The position numbers and the translations under genes are program-made. The notes beneath the pieces are model-generated. The model did not search any database. It was not told where the DNA came from and saw only the letters and a list, made by a program, of their open reading frames with translations. DNA of 64,000 bases from positions 90,956,001 to 91,020,000 of the forward strand of contig NC_087436.1 in NCBI RefSeq assembly GCF_036321535.1, given 5' to 3'. Below, one piece after another: positions 25,746 through 61,151 of the stretch; the stretch's first letter is position 1; every line of letters begins with the position of its first letter. The DNA is from Camelus dromedarius. Lineage: Eukaryota.

Positions 25746-28299
25746 CAAAACATCGGTTGTACATTTTTAAGATACTTAGAAACCCTATTAAGTATACCCT
25801 TCAATCTAGTTGACATTTTAACAAATGATCTCACAGTCACACATACCCTTGAGTTTGATCACCTAATTCCATAGTTTAATGGTGATATTCTGAGTTTCAT
25901 CTTTGCAATATATTCAACTACAGAGGTGTGTCTTGATTTATTCAACTAGTCCCCTAATATTAGACATTCAGGTCAGTGTACTGTTTTACTTTAATGTTCC
26001 TAATTTTATCTTTAGTATAGATTTCTTCAACTGGATTTAATAAAATAGGAAAAGTATGAGTTTTATAATGTCTTTCAATGCCTAATTACCTGCCAAGGAT
26101 TTTTATGAACAATAAATACTACAATAAACTCTACATGGGAATTTTGGTTGTCTTCATTTTACAAAAACTAAATGTTGTCATTTAATTTTGTCATTGTTCA
26201 CTTGAGATGTCAAAATTATATTTTGTCTTAGTTTAAAATTATTAATGGTTTAAATATTTTCCTAGTTTTGCCTATTATGAATTGCTCCTTCCTGTATTCT
26301 TCTTTTCTCTTTCACTTTAATTTCTTTTTGCTTTTATTCTGAATTAGAAGGTAATATCTGAAGTGTGTTTTCTATAGCCCTGATTAAATTTTCTGCACTA
26401 CCACTTATATTCTCTATTATTTTCATTGAAGATTTAAATTCTATTTTGCTAAATATATTTGCCCTTGCTTCCTAAACTAACACAATTCCCTTTTAATGTC
26501 TGTATCCAACTTTTACGTTTGTTCTAATACACTGTCTTCTCATTTAATCTATTCTTTGACTTTGAAACCATGTGCCTGTTATGAGGGAAAGATAAGTTTA
26601 AAAAAATCAAACGCATAACTCCATCACCCACAAGATGCCGTGGTCCTACAAAAGGGAAAGATGAAAATGGGCACCACTGTCAGTTTCTCCAAAATATGGG
26701 CTTCTACTCTTTCCTCAGGTCCTCACCAATGCTGCAGATAACCCTGATGAAGCCGGAGTGTAAATTTGTATGCTAACTACTGGTAAAGCTTAATATTTTC
26801 CTTCTTTTTCAGTAAGAATAAATACAAATGTTAGTTCTTCTGTTGGCTTCTCTTCCCCACTGGATCATGCTGCACATCTTTCACACCAGATCATTCAGTG
26901 AAAGTAGTGTGGTACATGACAAACTCTGTTCTCCCATATGCATTGTCACTGGTTGCCTCTTGTCTCTGACCTTGCCAAGAGTAGGATGTGGGGAGAAAAT
27001 AGTTCCCAGGATGCATAGAACTATAATTAGCAAGAACCTCTAGCCCAGTTCCATTAAGCTGCGACTCCCCTGCACCAAAATTCCTGACACTAGTCTTCCT
27101 TTCCACTAGGACTGGCTTTCTCTAAATAGGTATCAGAACACAGGAGCAGGTGGCAGGACTAGTCCACTGGCACTTGCGAAAGCAGCAACTTTACCATGAA
27201 GGAACGGCTGTGCTTGCTTCTACTTAGTATAAAACCTAGGTCTCCAAGGATCTCCAGGATCTCCCTAAGTTTTTTCCATGGGTGGGCTGTTGTTGTGCAT
27301 GAGGGAAAGAACTTGATGGTCCAAATCATTTTTCTTACTACAGACTCATCAACTTTATCATAGAAATTATGCCCAGATTCTGGCAACAGGTGATTCCAAG
27401 CATTTTTTCAGATTGTGGAATATTGGTCTTTTCCTAACCCCCATAGGTATTCCATTTTAAACGAGAGACCCCAATTTTTTTTTAAAAAGAAAGTGAAATT
27501 GTATTGAAAATATTACTTTGTTACTCTGTACACTACTTTCCCTAGCACATGGTTGTGAACAAAAATATAAATACTGCAAAAGAGAAAGTTTTCTTTCAAA
27601 AGAATCCTTTATATCAAGGCAATGTTTGAGTAAATATCCTATTAAATTAAACTCTAAGCTGTGAGTAGTTAGTGAAGTCTTCATGCCAAATGAAGGTAGA
27701 GATTTTGTTTTAGATATTGTTTTAGAATTTCCATATTGACAATTACATTTTGATATATACCATATCTGACCTTTTTTTCCAAAATGCTGTAACTACTTTC
27801 ACCTGCTGAACATAATAAAATGTCCAATTTAAACTTGGAATATCTTGGAAAGAATCTTAGTAATGGTATAATTACAAAGGTATAATTATGGCAGAGCATT
27901 GGAAAAGATTTTACCCTTTATTGATGAAAGAAATATAAGCAGTATATGCTCGCACCTTTTCTGTTTGGTACCTAAGGGAGTTTAGTCAAAATAGTAAGTA
28001 ATATCTTGGTATTAAAGTCCATTCTTAACCTATTATTGGAATTTTTTTTTCATTAAAAAATAAGAAATGATTGTGGAAGAAATGTTTTATGTCTACTTAC
28101 AATCTGTCTACATGACAGTGTTTGTAAATATTCTTCCCAATCACCACCACCTTCTTCTGTTAAAATGGATTTTTCATATAGGTCTGTGAATGTCAAAGTA
28201 GAGATCACTAAAAAATATTTATATGTTGAATGGCTGTTAATAATGCGTGTAAGAGTAAATATAGATACCTTTTATTGAACCAACTTCATTTCCACCTAG

Positions 28300-28695
28300 A
28301 AACTATGGGCCATGAGCGACAAAACGGAGTCACTTATGTCAAAAGGAACCAGTAGGCCACTAGGGAAGTGGAACTTACACATGCCCACACCTGAGTGCCA
28401 TATGAGCTTTTGATCAGGCCGTCCTGAGACCCCCTGGAACTTGTTTTCTTTACTGTCAAGTGACTGAATGTCGACTGGCACCAATCATAGTTCTGTAAAA
28501 ATAACCTATATAACTTTTGAGGGATGTCTCAGAAGTGGCTTTTTATAAACTCCACCATTTTCTATTTACCTCAGAGCACATTTGAGTTTCTGCTCCAATC
28601 GGGGCTTCCTGAATTGCAATACTTAAGACCTCACATAAACTCTTTCTCTTATCTGCAGCTTTCTATGTTTTTTTTTTTTGTTGCTGTTGTTGACA
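28300..28695 (+). mobile_element. Probable ERV1 solo LTR
   Basis: AAAACGGAGTCACTTATGTCAAA start, CCAAT, TATAAA, ATAAACTC and terminal TTGACA. Confidence 0.55.
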
Positions 28696-30059
28696 AGCAT
28701 TATAATAATCATAACAGTTAACATATATTGAGCCCTTACAACTTGCCCCTGCCTATGTTAATTGTTCCTGTTCAAAATCCTGTTTAATCCTCATATTTTA
28801 TACACAAATTTATTTATACCTATACATATATACACATAAATAGTTATATGTATGTATTGAGTAATAATTTAGGTATATTTTGAAACATATGGAAAAATAA
28901 AATTAAGTTGATGAGATAAGAGTAAAATACATAGTACCTAAGAGGTAAGTAAAACTTTTATTCTTGTTTTACAAATGAGGGAACTAAGGACCCATGTGAT
29001 TACATAACTTGTAGAGGAATTTATGTTATTCCTAAGAAAAATTTCATATAAAAACTAGGTATATCAGTATGCTAAATTTATACTGTGTATAAATTTGATT
29101 TATTGCATTTTAAAATGATTATTCTAATAATATGGCTAGTAAGAATATTCAAATTAACTACTACTCATATCAATTTTCATAATTTCAGGTGTAAATTATG
29201 TTTTTGCTAACAGTTATTATCGAACTAAAAACTAAGTGTTCAGTAATAATTCTGCTAGACTCCAATTTTTAATTCCAAGGCAAAAATGCAAGTTACCAAG
29301 AAATAGCCAAATTAAAAGCCAAGAGTAATTATGATAGTATTAATAAAGGAAAACTGTAATTTTCTTTTCTTTTCTTGCCATGGAACACAATGAGCTCTTT
29401 CAAATTCATGCAATGAAGCAGAATTTTATGTCAATTTTCATGTGACTATGTGATAGTCAGGGCTGCAGTTTCAGGCTTATGAAATAGAGAAGCAGGATTT
29501 TTTAAGGGGCAGATGATCAGGAAAAAATCTTATATGGTATTAACACAAGGAGCATGTAGAGAATGCTGAGCAAAGCGTATTAAAAAAATTAATGGAACAC
29601 AGGATGTACGGTATTTTTTCTGCCTTAATTAGAGTAGTAATTTATAGGTATAATGTATGTTAAATTGCAATGCAGACTGCAAAATAATTACTTGATAAAC
29701 ACTGGTTGCAAACAACCCATTTCTCTATCAGCAGAGGTAGAAAATGATGACATATTTTTCTGTTGGTTCATTGTCAGCTCTGTTCAGCTGAAAAATATTT
29801 TTTGGAGGTTGTGAATAAATATCCCTTAGTGTTTCCAAACAGGACATCTAACACCAGTGTTTTAGACAGCCATAGACAGTCTTCAGGAGAAACAGTCTGA
29901 GTAATGAAAGGAAATGGAGCTGAGTGAGAGAATTGATGTTGCAGACTAGGTTGTATCACATTTTAGGTGTGTGACTGCTCAGAAGTCACTTAGTCTCTTG
30001 GAGCCTCCATTTTTATATTGAAAGATTGGAATAATGGATGTCTTAATCACACATGATTC

Positions 30060-30098
30060 GACGAGATCAGGCGAGTTCAGGGTGGTATGGCCGTAGAC
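30060..30098 (-). pseudogene. 5S rRNA 5' fragment (nt 1-39), retrocopy
   Basis: Minus strand reads GTCTACGGCCATACCACCCTGAACTCGCCTGATCTCGTC, 37/39 identical to the mammalian 5S 5' end; lacks the internal promoter. Confidence 0.9.
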
Positions 30099-30238
30099 AA
30101 ACAAGATTATACTGTATAGCACAGGGAAATATATACAAGATATTATGGTAGCTCACGGAGAAAAAAAGGTGACAATGAATATATATATATCTTCATGTAT
30201 AACTGAAAAATTGTGCTCTACACTGGAATTTGACACAT
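30099..30238 (+). mobile_element. L1 3' UTR fragment without poly(A), fused to the 5S fragment
   Basis: Closely matches the reverse complement of the L1 at about 51192-51330 in this window. Confidence 0.85.
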
Positions 30239-30539
30239 CCATCCGCCTAACCCTTCATCCTTTAATTTAACACAAATGCATAATTGTCATAATTGTATGC
30301 ATAATTGTCAGTGCAGGGCAAATTGTTCAGATACAGCTGTTGATCAGCTCACAATTTCTTCAACACTTAGCAGATCACCAGAGAGAGACTAAGAAATTGT
30401 AGATGGAGATTCTTCTCCTTGTACCTACTGCAGATTATGGTCAGCAACCATAAAAGAAAATTTTTCCTGATTTTGACAAGTCATTGTGCCATTCATGGCA
30501 TGATTTTTTACAGTCTTCATTACTGAATAATTACAAACA

Positions 30540-30930
30540 GAAGTCTAAATAGGAGAACCCAGGAGCACAAAACAGGGTGTTAGCAGTGGAGTTGGATGGA
30601 ATTGGTTAGTGGGAGATATATTTTAGATATGTTTTAAACAAAATTGATACAATTCACTGAAGGATTAGATGATTTCTGATTTGAATGAGTGAGTGACTTG
30701 TGATGTCATCTCCTGAAATGGAGAAGACAGCATTGGGTTGGGGAAGGCAGAGATTTAAAAAAAATCAGTTTGTATTATGTTACATTTGAATTGCCTATAA
30801 GATATAAAAGAGACTGTCCAGGGCTGAGAAGAAAGGTGAGGTCTGCATACATGATTTCAGAAACTCACTCCACATAGAAGGTACATAAAGCCAGGGGAAT
30901 GGATGAGATCGCCATAGAAGAGTTTAGCGA
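30540..30930 (-). mobile_element. L2 relic
   Basis: TTTGAATTGCCTATAAGATAT...AAAGCCAGGGGAATGGATGAGATC. Confidence 0.6.
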
Positions 30931-31989
30931 GAGGACAGAGCAAAGGGAGGAAAGGAGAAAGGGAAAAGAGAAAAGGAAAAGGAAGGAAAGAAGAGTGGCT
31001 GTGAGTAGAATATGGTGCTCTTTATATCAGATGAGAACCCTTATTCATGTTATCCAGTCCTTCTGATCATTCAGAGCCCAGAAATAATTATTTAAGTAGA
31101 TGAACTAAATTAATCAGTTGATCAAACTGTGACTATAAAATCAATTTCAACTCTGTCCTTCAATATACATTATAATAATTGGATGACTCATTAATAGACA
31201 AAAAAATATTTAAATGCATGTTTTATACATACACAGTGTTACATGTGTAAGAGTAACTTCAAAGTTTTCCAGCATCTGTATTTTAATGGCCCATTAAAGC
31301 ATTCATCAAGAGAATGAAGTCATTGGGTCTTCAATGTTTCATGCCTTGTATAGTTCACTTGAGGCTTAGATTAATTTCATTTTTATGTGCCTTTTTCGGT
31401 TCACATATTTCTGCAATTCATTTAATCAAGCTGGTTTTTCATGAAGCAAAACTAAGTTGTAAAGTACAGAACCACAAAGTAAGTTTAAAATTTAACTAGA
31501 TGGACTAAGACTGAAAATATTATCTTTGGTAAACTTTTCAGTGACTTTTTATGTCAGAAAAAAAATGCACTCTGAGACCTTGCTGTTACAGGAAGGGACC
31601 TATGTTCTCACATAAAGAACTTTGAAAGGAGAAATAGAAAGTATGATGATCTAAATTTGGCTACTATATAATAATTTGGTTATATAGTTTTTCCCATAAC
31701 ATTAATACGTTAGGACAGGGAAGATGTCAGGATTCTGGAAATCATCTTCATTAGTTGTCCCTCTTATCCAATGGAAGTTAAAATGATAAAATCTTTTCTA
31801 CACATATCTTGTGTACCTGTTTAGTCCTTTCCACCTCTGTTGGTGCTTCCCCAGTTCAGACAACATCATTTCCCTGGAATGAACTTTCTTCTTATTTAGG
31901 CACCTGCTCTAGTCCTGATCCTTCAGTTCATCCTTCCCTCAGCTGCCAAGACGTCCCTACCGGTTGCCCCACTCCCACTGCTACCCTAG

Positions 31990-32420
31990 CCCTAGCTCCG
32001 TGTATATCGTGCCTGTGTTACTGCCACAGCATCCTCCTAATGAGTCTTGCTCTTCTATTTCTGTGTATGATTGATCATGTGCTCCCACTGCTTAAAACCC
32101 TGCAGGGTTCTTATTTCAGTTATAATAAAATCTAGACTCTTTACTATAGCCTTTATGAACTGGCCTCTGCCTATGCCTCTGAGCTCATCTCCTTCAAATT
32201 TTCTTTGATTCAAAATCACTACCATGTGGCTAATTTCTAAGCAACAAACTGCCAACTCCCTGCCATCTCAGAACATTTGCTTTATTTCCTCTTCACATGT
32301 CTTTCAAGTGGCCTTTTCTCATCAATCTGGTCTCAACTCAAATGACCTTCTTAAGAGGACTTCTCTGACTACCCAAATTTTCTCCCCTTTGCACTCTCCA
32401 TCTTAATAGTATATGCAAAC
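31990..32420 (+). mobile_element. L2 relic
   Basis: GATCATGTGCTCCCACTGCTTAAAACCCTGCAG...TCTCAACTCAAATG. Confidence 0.6.
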
Positions 32421-33225
32421 TTCTTGATGGAATTTGGTTAATTCCTGAAATGGTCTTGGATAAAAATGTGAGCTATGACTCAGTCTACTAGGCTGCAAAC
32501 ATTGGCCTTTTTGACCTACTAGCTTCTACCTGGGCAAATTATTTAATCTTCATTTCTTTTTCTAATATGGGATAATAATACTTCATAAGATTGTTGCAAC
32601 ATTTAAGTGATTTGAACCTAAAGTTCATAGAATTGTACCTCGCTAGTTATTGTCATTTGTTGTAGGTATAGTAGAATCAATACTAAAATGTATCTCTTGA
32701 AATGCAGGTCTGTTTAGTTTGTCCACTTCTGTAACTAAGACTTCTAGAACATAGTCTGGTACTCAATAGATGCTCAAAAAATGCACGACATTGTTACCTA
32801 ACTAGTGACCTGGCAAAAGACAGCTCTGATTAAAGAAATTCAAATTCCAAAAGTTTTTAAACAATGTTGAAAAATGCACTTTACCATTCTGCCTTTGGCT
32901 CTAGTTGAAAGTTCCAAAATATCACACAATCTACCCTTGAACAGAAGATTTCAGTCACTGAGAAATGGATATAGATCTCAAGTCCTATAAAGGAGAATCG
33001 GCAAGAAGCAGATCACAGAGGAAATTGACCTTCAGCCATAATGTTGATATTAGGGACAAAACCACCAGATCCAGATAAAAATTAGGAGTATTAGCCAGGT
33101 TACTTTGGTAATAACTAAGGAGAAGCCTCCTGGAAGTAAACCTTGAATATAAAGGGAACAAACTCAGGCAGTTTCCTGGGATGGAAATGGATCTGATGCT
33201 AAATTACTTGTGGTACCAATTCCAT

Positions 33226-34038
33226 TATATTGCAGAGGGGAGGTTCCCACACAGCACCAAGCAATTCTTGGGAGACTAGCTACATATCCTACAATTCAAG
33301 TTAATTCTGACACTACCTCGAGATAGCATCAGATTCCACAGGTTAAGAGCTCAGTCCTAACAGGCTGCTGGCTCTCGCTGCACCCACCTCTCGGCCTCCA
33401 TCAGATACCAGTAGCAAGCCCAGGTTGTTACCTGTACTTCTAATTCACGAGCCATAAATCAGAGGTTCCCACCACCTCCTTTTTGGATTCGATTTATTTG
33501 CAGAGCTCAGACAAACAATTTACTTACTATATCATCATTTATTATAAAAGGATGTAACTCAGGAACAGTCAGATGGAAGAGATGTATAGGGCAAGGTGTG
33601 GGAGACGGTGAGGGGATGCCATGCCCTCTCCACGGGGGTGCTACTCTTCCAGAAAATCTGCATGTTCACCAACCCAGAAGCTCTCCAAACTCCATCCTTC
33701 AGGGTTTTATGAAGGTTTCATTACATAGTCATGGTTGAGTAAATCATCGGCAATTGGCAGTTGATTTAACATCCGGGTCCTCTTCCCTCCTCAGAGGTTG
33801 GGGGTGGGACTGAAAGTTTCAACCCTCCAGTCACCTTATTGGCTCCATTGGCAACAATCCCCCATCCTTAGAAGAAGTGCAAAAATCACCTTGTTAACAT
33901 ACCAAGGGACACCTTTGTTACTCTCAACACTTAGAAAGTTCCAAGGATCCATGGACAAAGACCAAATATATATGAGAAATATGTTTTGGTCATCTGAATA
34001 ACCAAATACATATTTTTTCTTATAAGTCACAATATCAC
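33226..34038. mobile_element. MER21-like LTR
   Basis: CAAGCAATTCT...GATAGCATCAGATTCCACAGGTTAAGAGCTCAGTCC...GGGACTGAAAGTTTCAACCCTC...CACAATATCACA. Confidence 0.8.
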
Positions 34039-34499
34039 AGATGCCTTCCAGTGGTCAAGATTGGCTGGAAAATGGGACAGAACATGCCCTTTAAGTAAGG
34101 AGCTCTCCTAGATCACATTAGTGTGTCCATCTTGGGCTGCATTGGAGAAGTAAGAAGCAGGGGGAAAATCAGAGGTACGTCGTGAATAGTCTTCCTAAAT
34201 GCTGTTTCTATAACACTCATTTTCTAATTGTTCCTAAGATTGTCTAGGGTGAATATATTCTTATAAGCCATGAAGTGGAAGGAGTGTTAAGGCCTCTTAC
34301 TTTTCATTGTTGACCTCAAATAAATATTTTAAATCAGAGGTTAATGGTATATTATTCACACAAGGAAACTGAATCTACCATTTACTTTATCAAATTGTTT
34401 GTCTCTAAATGGTTCACTGTGTTTGTACCCTTTAACAAGTGTTGGAAGGTACTGTGTTGGTTTTTGGCAGGCTGTTTTTTTTTTTTTTTTTTTTTGGCT

Positions 34500-34644
34500 G
34501 CAGCATCTGTTCAGAGTGTCAGAGTACAAATTTAGAAACTTGTATATGGAGAAAGCAAGTCATCTTTTCATGAGCTGATTTGTTAAAAAATTCTCAAGGA
34601 AAGCTACATTGTTGGAGGATCTTGCAGCATAAAATAATATAAAG
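34500..34644 (+). other. YIPF7: YIPF7 first (non-coding) exon; 5' boundary uncertain
   Basis: Donor AAG|GTATGT at 34644. Translation fragments DLLKNSQGKLH / LLEDL resemble the longer human YIPF7 N-terminus as I recall it. An in-frame TAA at 34640-34642 precedes the exon-2 ATG. Confidence 0.65.
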
Positions 34645-35716
34645 GTATGTGTCTGATCCTTCTAAAGAATTTGGCATTTAAACAAAATATGAAGCTGGGT
34701 TATGTAAGGACTCTAATGCCAATTGTCACATTACATGATGATTTGCATGTTCTGAACACTTAGTGTATTCTCCAGTAAAGTTACTCTCTATGCTTTATAG
34801 TAACATATTTTCATGGACTGAGAAAGTTATGCTGTTAAATTTTAAATTCTGTGAATTACAAGCTGCTAAAAGATTTAACACTCTCCCAGCCTTGATTTTT
34901 AGTTTATAGAATTCACAGCTACTTTTATATACGTTACTAATGAAAAATCTTAATTTATTATATCAGATGTTTGAATCACTGCATCTAATTTTAGAAAAGC
35001 TTTCTGTATTTCCCCTGAGCTGTAAAAATTTGATATATTGGACAATTGTTACTTGACTATTTCTGATTAATAAGGCCCCTAGAACTAGGGACATTTATGC
35101 AATTTCATTTGAAATTTATTATGAGTTATATTCTATAGATTATTATAACTATATGAATTACTTTTAGTGATTTTTAAATTCACTCTTTTGAAATAGAAAG
35201 TTTTTCAAAGGAAAATAAAGGCTAAAATGTTGAGTTGAAAACCACATTTGTCCAATTGAAAAGAGTCTTTACTCCAACCCCTAATTTTCATCCAAAGAGC
35301 CACTATTACCCACCTCACTATTACTTTCTTCCCCCATCTGTTCCTCCTCTCAAGTCTTTCTTCTTCCCTCTAATCTTCTAGCCATTAGGTCTAAATCAAG
35401 GCCCTGCACTCCTCTTCATTCTCAGAAGTGAGTAGATACAATGTACAGGGTGTATGCAAAGAGTCCATTCCTTTAGCCGAGTTAAGTCTTTCTTCGTCTG
35501 ACTCAGCAGAAGCCCAAGTGCAGCAGACAGGGCAAGAGAAAAGGAAAACGTTCTAACCACCTTTCAGGAAATAGAAAGAACTGGGAGATTAATTTTTAGG
35601 GTTTGTCTTGTTTTAGAGAACAGAGAGGATGTTATTACCCTTTAAAGCTGTAGGAAAAATCAAACTCAAATAGTATTATTATTATTAGCCATTTGCTTTT
35701 TGGCTTTGCAATAAAT

Positions 35717-35739
35717 GTGTGTGTGTGTGTGTGTGTGTG
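35717..35739. repeat. (TG)n microsatellite
   Basis: About 11 TG units. Confidence 0.9.
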
Positions 35740-36106
35740 CACGTGCTCGTGTCCTTAAAGTGAGGAACTAACATTGTTTAAGAGAAAACCTTCTAGATGT
35801 ATACTAACTTTTAAACTTTCTCTTAAACTGCTGGGAATGAGGTATTAGGTGAAGAATGTTTTTCAGATCAATTAAAGTCAAGTTTTTCAAAGTCACAGTC
35901 CTAGTGAATGAAAATTTCAGAAAAGTTAATTGAAGATATAGGTTTTATAAATGACTTTCTGCCATACATTTCTACACCCTTTCCCCATTCAAAGAATATT
36001 TTGTTCTCTAACAGGAATCCAGCCATAATCACATTATCTATTAATCCTTGTAATATCTAAAAAGAAGTTTTATGGACTCATAAACTTATCAGTTTTTCAC
36101 TCTTAA

Positions 36107-58419
<22,313 letters not shown>

Positions 58420-58714
58420 AGAGCGTTTGAGACAGCATTACAGGATTCTGTTTGTTTGCTGTGCAGATTATCCTGGAAATGTATTAGCATTCAAATTTGG
58501 TAATATGATTTCTATTTTATTGCTGTTGAGAGAATAATAAGCAGAGAGACAAAACAGCACTTAAGGATGGGGCTCTAATAGGCTGTTTGGTTTGAATGAT
58601 GATTTGCTTTTGGGTTGGTGCATTAAAACATTTTAGAATGCTTTATAAAGGAAGATAGTTGTACTGATGGACCCTGCTTTTCTCAATAGATGTATTTCTG
58701 AGAAATTGTGAGTA

Positions 58715-58720
58715 AATAAA
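58715..58720 (+). terminator. Candidate YIPF7 polyadenylation signal AATAAA
   Basis: Canonical hexamer about 300 nt after the stop; an ATTAAA near 58622 is an alternative. Confidence 0.4.
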
Positions 58721-59381
58721 ATCATAGGCTGACTGGGTAAAGGAAATCTGCAGTGAGTCTTTCTAGAAAACTTCATGATGACTCAGGCTGTGTGCAAGTG
58801 ATTAAAGTCACATTGTCCAGCACCTGTGGAGAATTGTAGGGGAGGGTTATTTGGGGTTTTATTTACCTGAGAGTCAAAGAATCTCCTGTCTTTCAATTCA
58901 TTTACTTTCACAACTGTTGTTTGGTCCCATGTGAACAATGCATTGACTCACCACTTTTTCAAGCCCTCACTTCCTTCTCAATTGGTTTAGACGTATGGTC
59001 CGTTACTATATGTTCTGCCTTGAATACATACATCCTCAGTAACCTTGACATTTGCTCCCTAAATAGATGAATGTAACTGGAGGAAATCCAACTTGTTTCT
59101 CTTTAATTATATTACTGTATCTTAAATGGCTGCTCAGTATTGCCTTTTGAGTCCTATTACATTACCTTATAAATTTGCTTTCTCACTTTCTGAAATGATT
59201 GTGACACACCATTTCTTCACTGCTCAAATCTGCAATATGCCTTTCTTATTGTTAGTTGATGACCTTTCTTATTTCATTGAAAGAAACATCCAGGAGAAAA
59301 ATGTATCTTCCCATCACAAGATAAGTCAACCTGCATGCATCTTTATAGACAAATGTGTATATATGTTTATGTATATGTGCG

Positions 59382-59408
59382 CACACGCACACACACACAC
59401 ACACACAC
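59382..59408. repeat. (CA)n microsatellite
   Basis: Interrupted CA run inside the L2. Confidence 0.85.
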
Positions 59409-60531
59409 TCCCTCTTGTCACACATTCTCTCTTTTCACTTCTTTTCCTCTCCACATCCAGCCTCTCCACCTGTGTAACCGGTGTTTTCCTGTTGACCTAT
59501 CATTCATATCAGCACATAAACATGTTTCAATATCTCTTATCTTAAAATAAAAATCCTTTGGCTCAACATCACTCTCCAGTTATGGCTCATTTCTCAGTGG
59601 CAAAAATCTTTGAAAGGGTGGTCCATTGTCTCTGGTTCCACTTTAACACCATGATTTCCCTTTTTTGCAGTCAAAATTTCATCACTCTCTTCACCAAGAC
59701 CACCTCTGTCAAATCAGCAACAACCTCTACATCTTGCTAAATCCAATGGTCAACTCTCAGTCATTCATGTTGTGTAAACCCCCAGAGGTATTTGATTACC
59801 CTCCTCACCAATTTCCTCCACCCCATATGCTGAAGCACTTCTTTACTACGCTTTTGTCTTTTCGTCCATTTTTATCTACCTCACTATTGGCTCCTTCTTT
59901 ATCCCCTTGGCTAGTTTTTCTTCCTCTTCTCAACTCTCAAGTTTCCTCTCTGTCTGTACTCACTTGCTAGATGAACTCACTCAATTGCATCGCTTTAAAA
60001 TCTAATGACTCCCAAATTTCCAACTAGAACTCTCCCTTGAGCTCTTTATAGGTATATAACTTAATACTTTCATTTGATTTTTAATATAATACTCTCAAAA
60101 ATAGCATATCTGAAACCAAACCCTCGCTTCCATTTTGTTCCTCCTCCCAACTTACTCACCTCTACAACAGGAACCACAAATCACCCAGCTGTTCACTCTA
60201 AAAACTAGTAGTCTGTCTTCATCACTCTTTTACTTTGACACCCAACATCTAATCCACAGAAAATCCTGTTGAGTCTATAGTCAAAATATATCCCAAATTT
60301 GACCATGTCTCCTGAGTGCCTTCACTGCCAACACTACCTGTTACTTGACTGAAGACGTCTCCTAACTGGTTTCTCACTGCTACACTGTCTCCCCAACAGG
60401 CTTTTCTACACACAGCAGCATTCGTGATCCTTTACAAAATGTAAATAAATTGTGTCATCCCAAGTCCAAGACCCTTTTACGATTTTCACTCATATTTACA
60501 ATAAAATCCAACCTCCTTTTTATTGCTCAGA

Positions 60532-60685
60532 AGCTTGCTACTCAACAAGTGGTCCCCAGCTTCCTCTGAAAGCTTGTTAGAAATTCAGAATTGCAGCCCC
60601 TGCCCCAGATCAACTGAATCAGTCTGCACTGTAACAAGATTCCAGACGATGTGCGTGCCTCAACAAAGTCTGAGAAGCTCCAGCT
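60532..60685. mobile_element. MER5A (hAT-Charlie)
   Basis: GCTTGTTAGAAATTCAGAAT...CCCCAGATCAACTGAATCAG...AACAAGATTCCAG...AAAGTCTGAGAAGC. Confidence 0.75.
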
Positions 60686-61151
60686 GAGGGAAGAAGGATC
60701 TGACTGACCATATTCTGCCTTCCTGACCTCTTCTCTTTCCATTCTTTCTGTTGTTCACTGGTTTTATTGCTGCTTCTCAGACCGCCAAGTTTATCCACCT
60801 CAGGACCTTTATACTTACTCAGTGTACCTGCAACATTCTCCCTACACATCTTTCATATCAGTCAGGTCTGTTCATATTTTACCTCCTTAGAGAGGCCTTT
60901 ACTGGCTGTTCTTCCTGAAGTAGTACCCCTCCCCACTTTGCTCAATCTATTCCATCAACTTGTACTTCAGTAGTTCTTACAATTACCTGAAATTATTTAT
61001 TTACCTCTTTTCTTTCTTTCTCTCCTCTTTGATTTCAATCTCTGAACACTTTGAGGCCAGAGTCCTTGTCTATATATAATAGTTTCTGACAAAGAATAGG
61101 AGATTAACACATTTATTGAATGAATGAATGAACAAATGAGATTGTGATTGG

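Larger units (their letters stand above)
59200..61140 (+). mobile_element. L2 relic with nested MER5A
   Basis: TTGCTAAATCCAATGGTCAACTCTCAGTC, AATGACTCCCAAAT, terminal TTTATTGAATGAATGAATGAA. Confidence 0.75.

Noticed and set aside
26746..26766. TGATGAAGCCGGAGTGTAAAT resembles the minus strand near 39737-39756 and begins with a C-box-like TGATGA
   Set aside because: Short gapped match with no flanking similarity; I identified no D box or terminal stem supporting a snoRNA.
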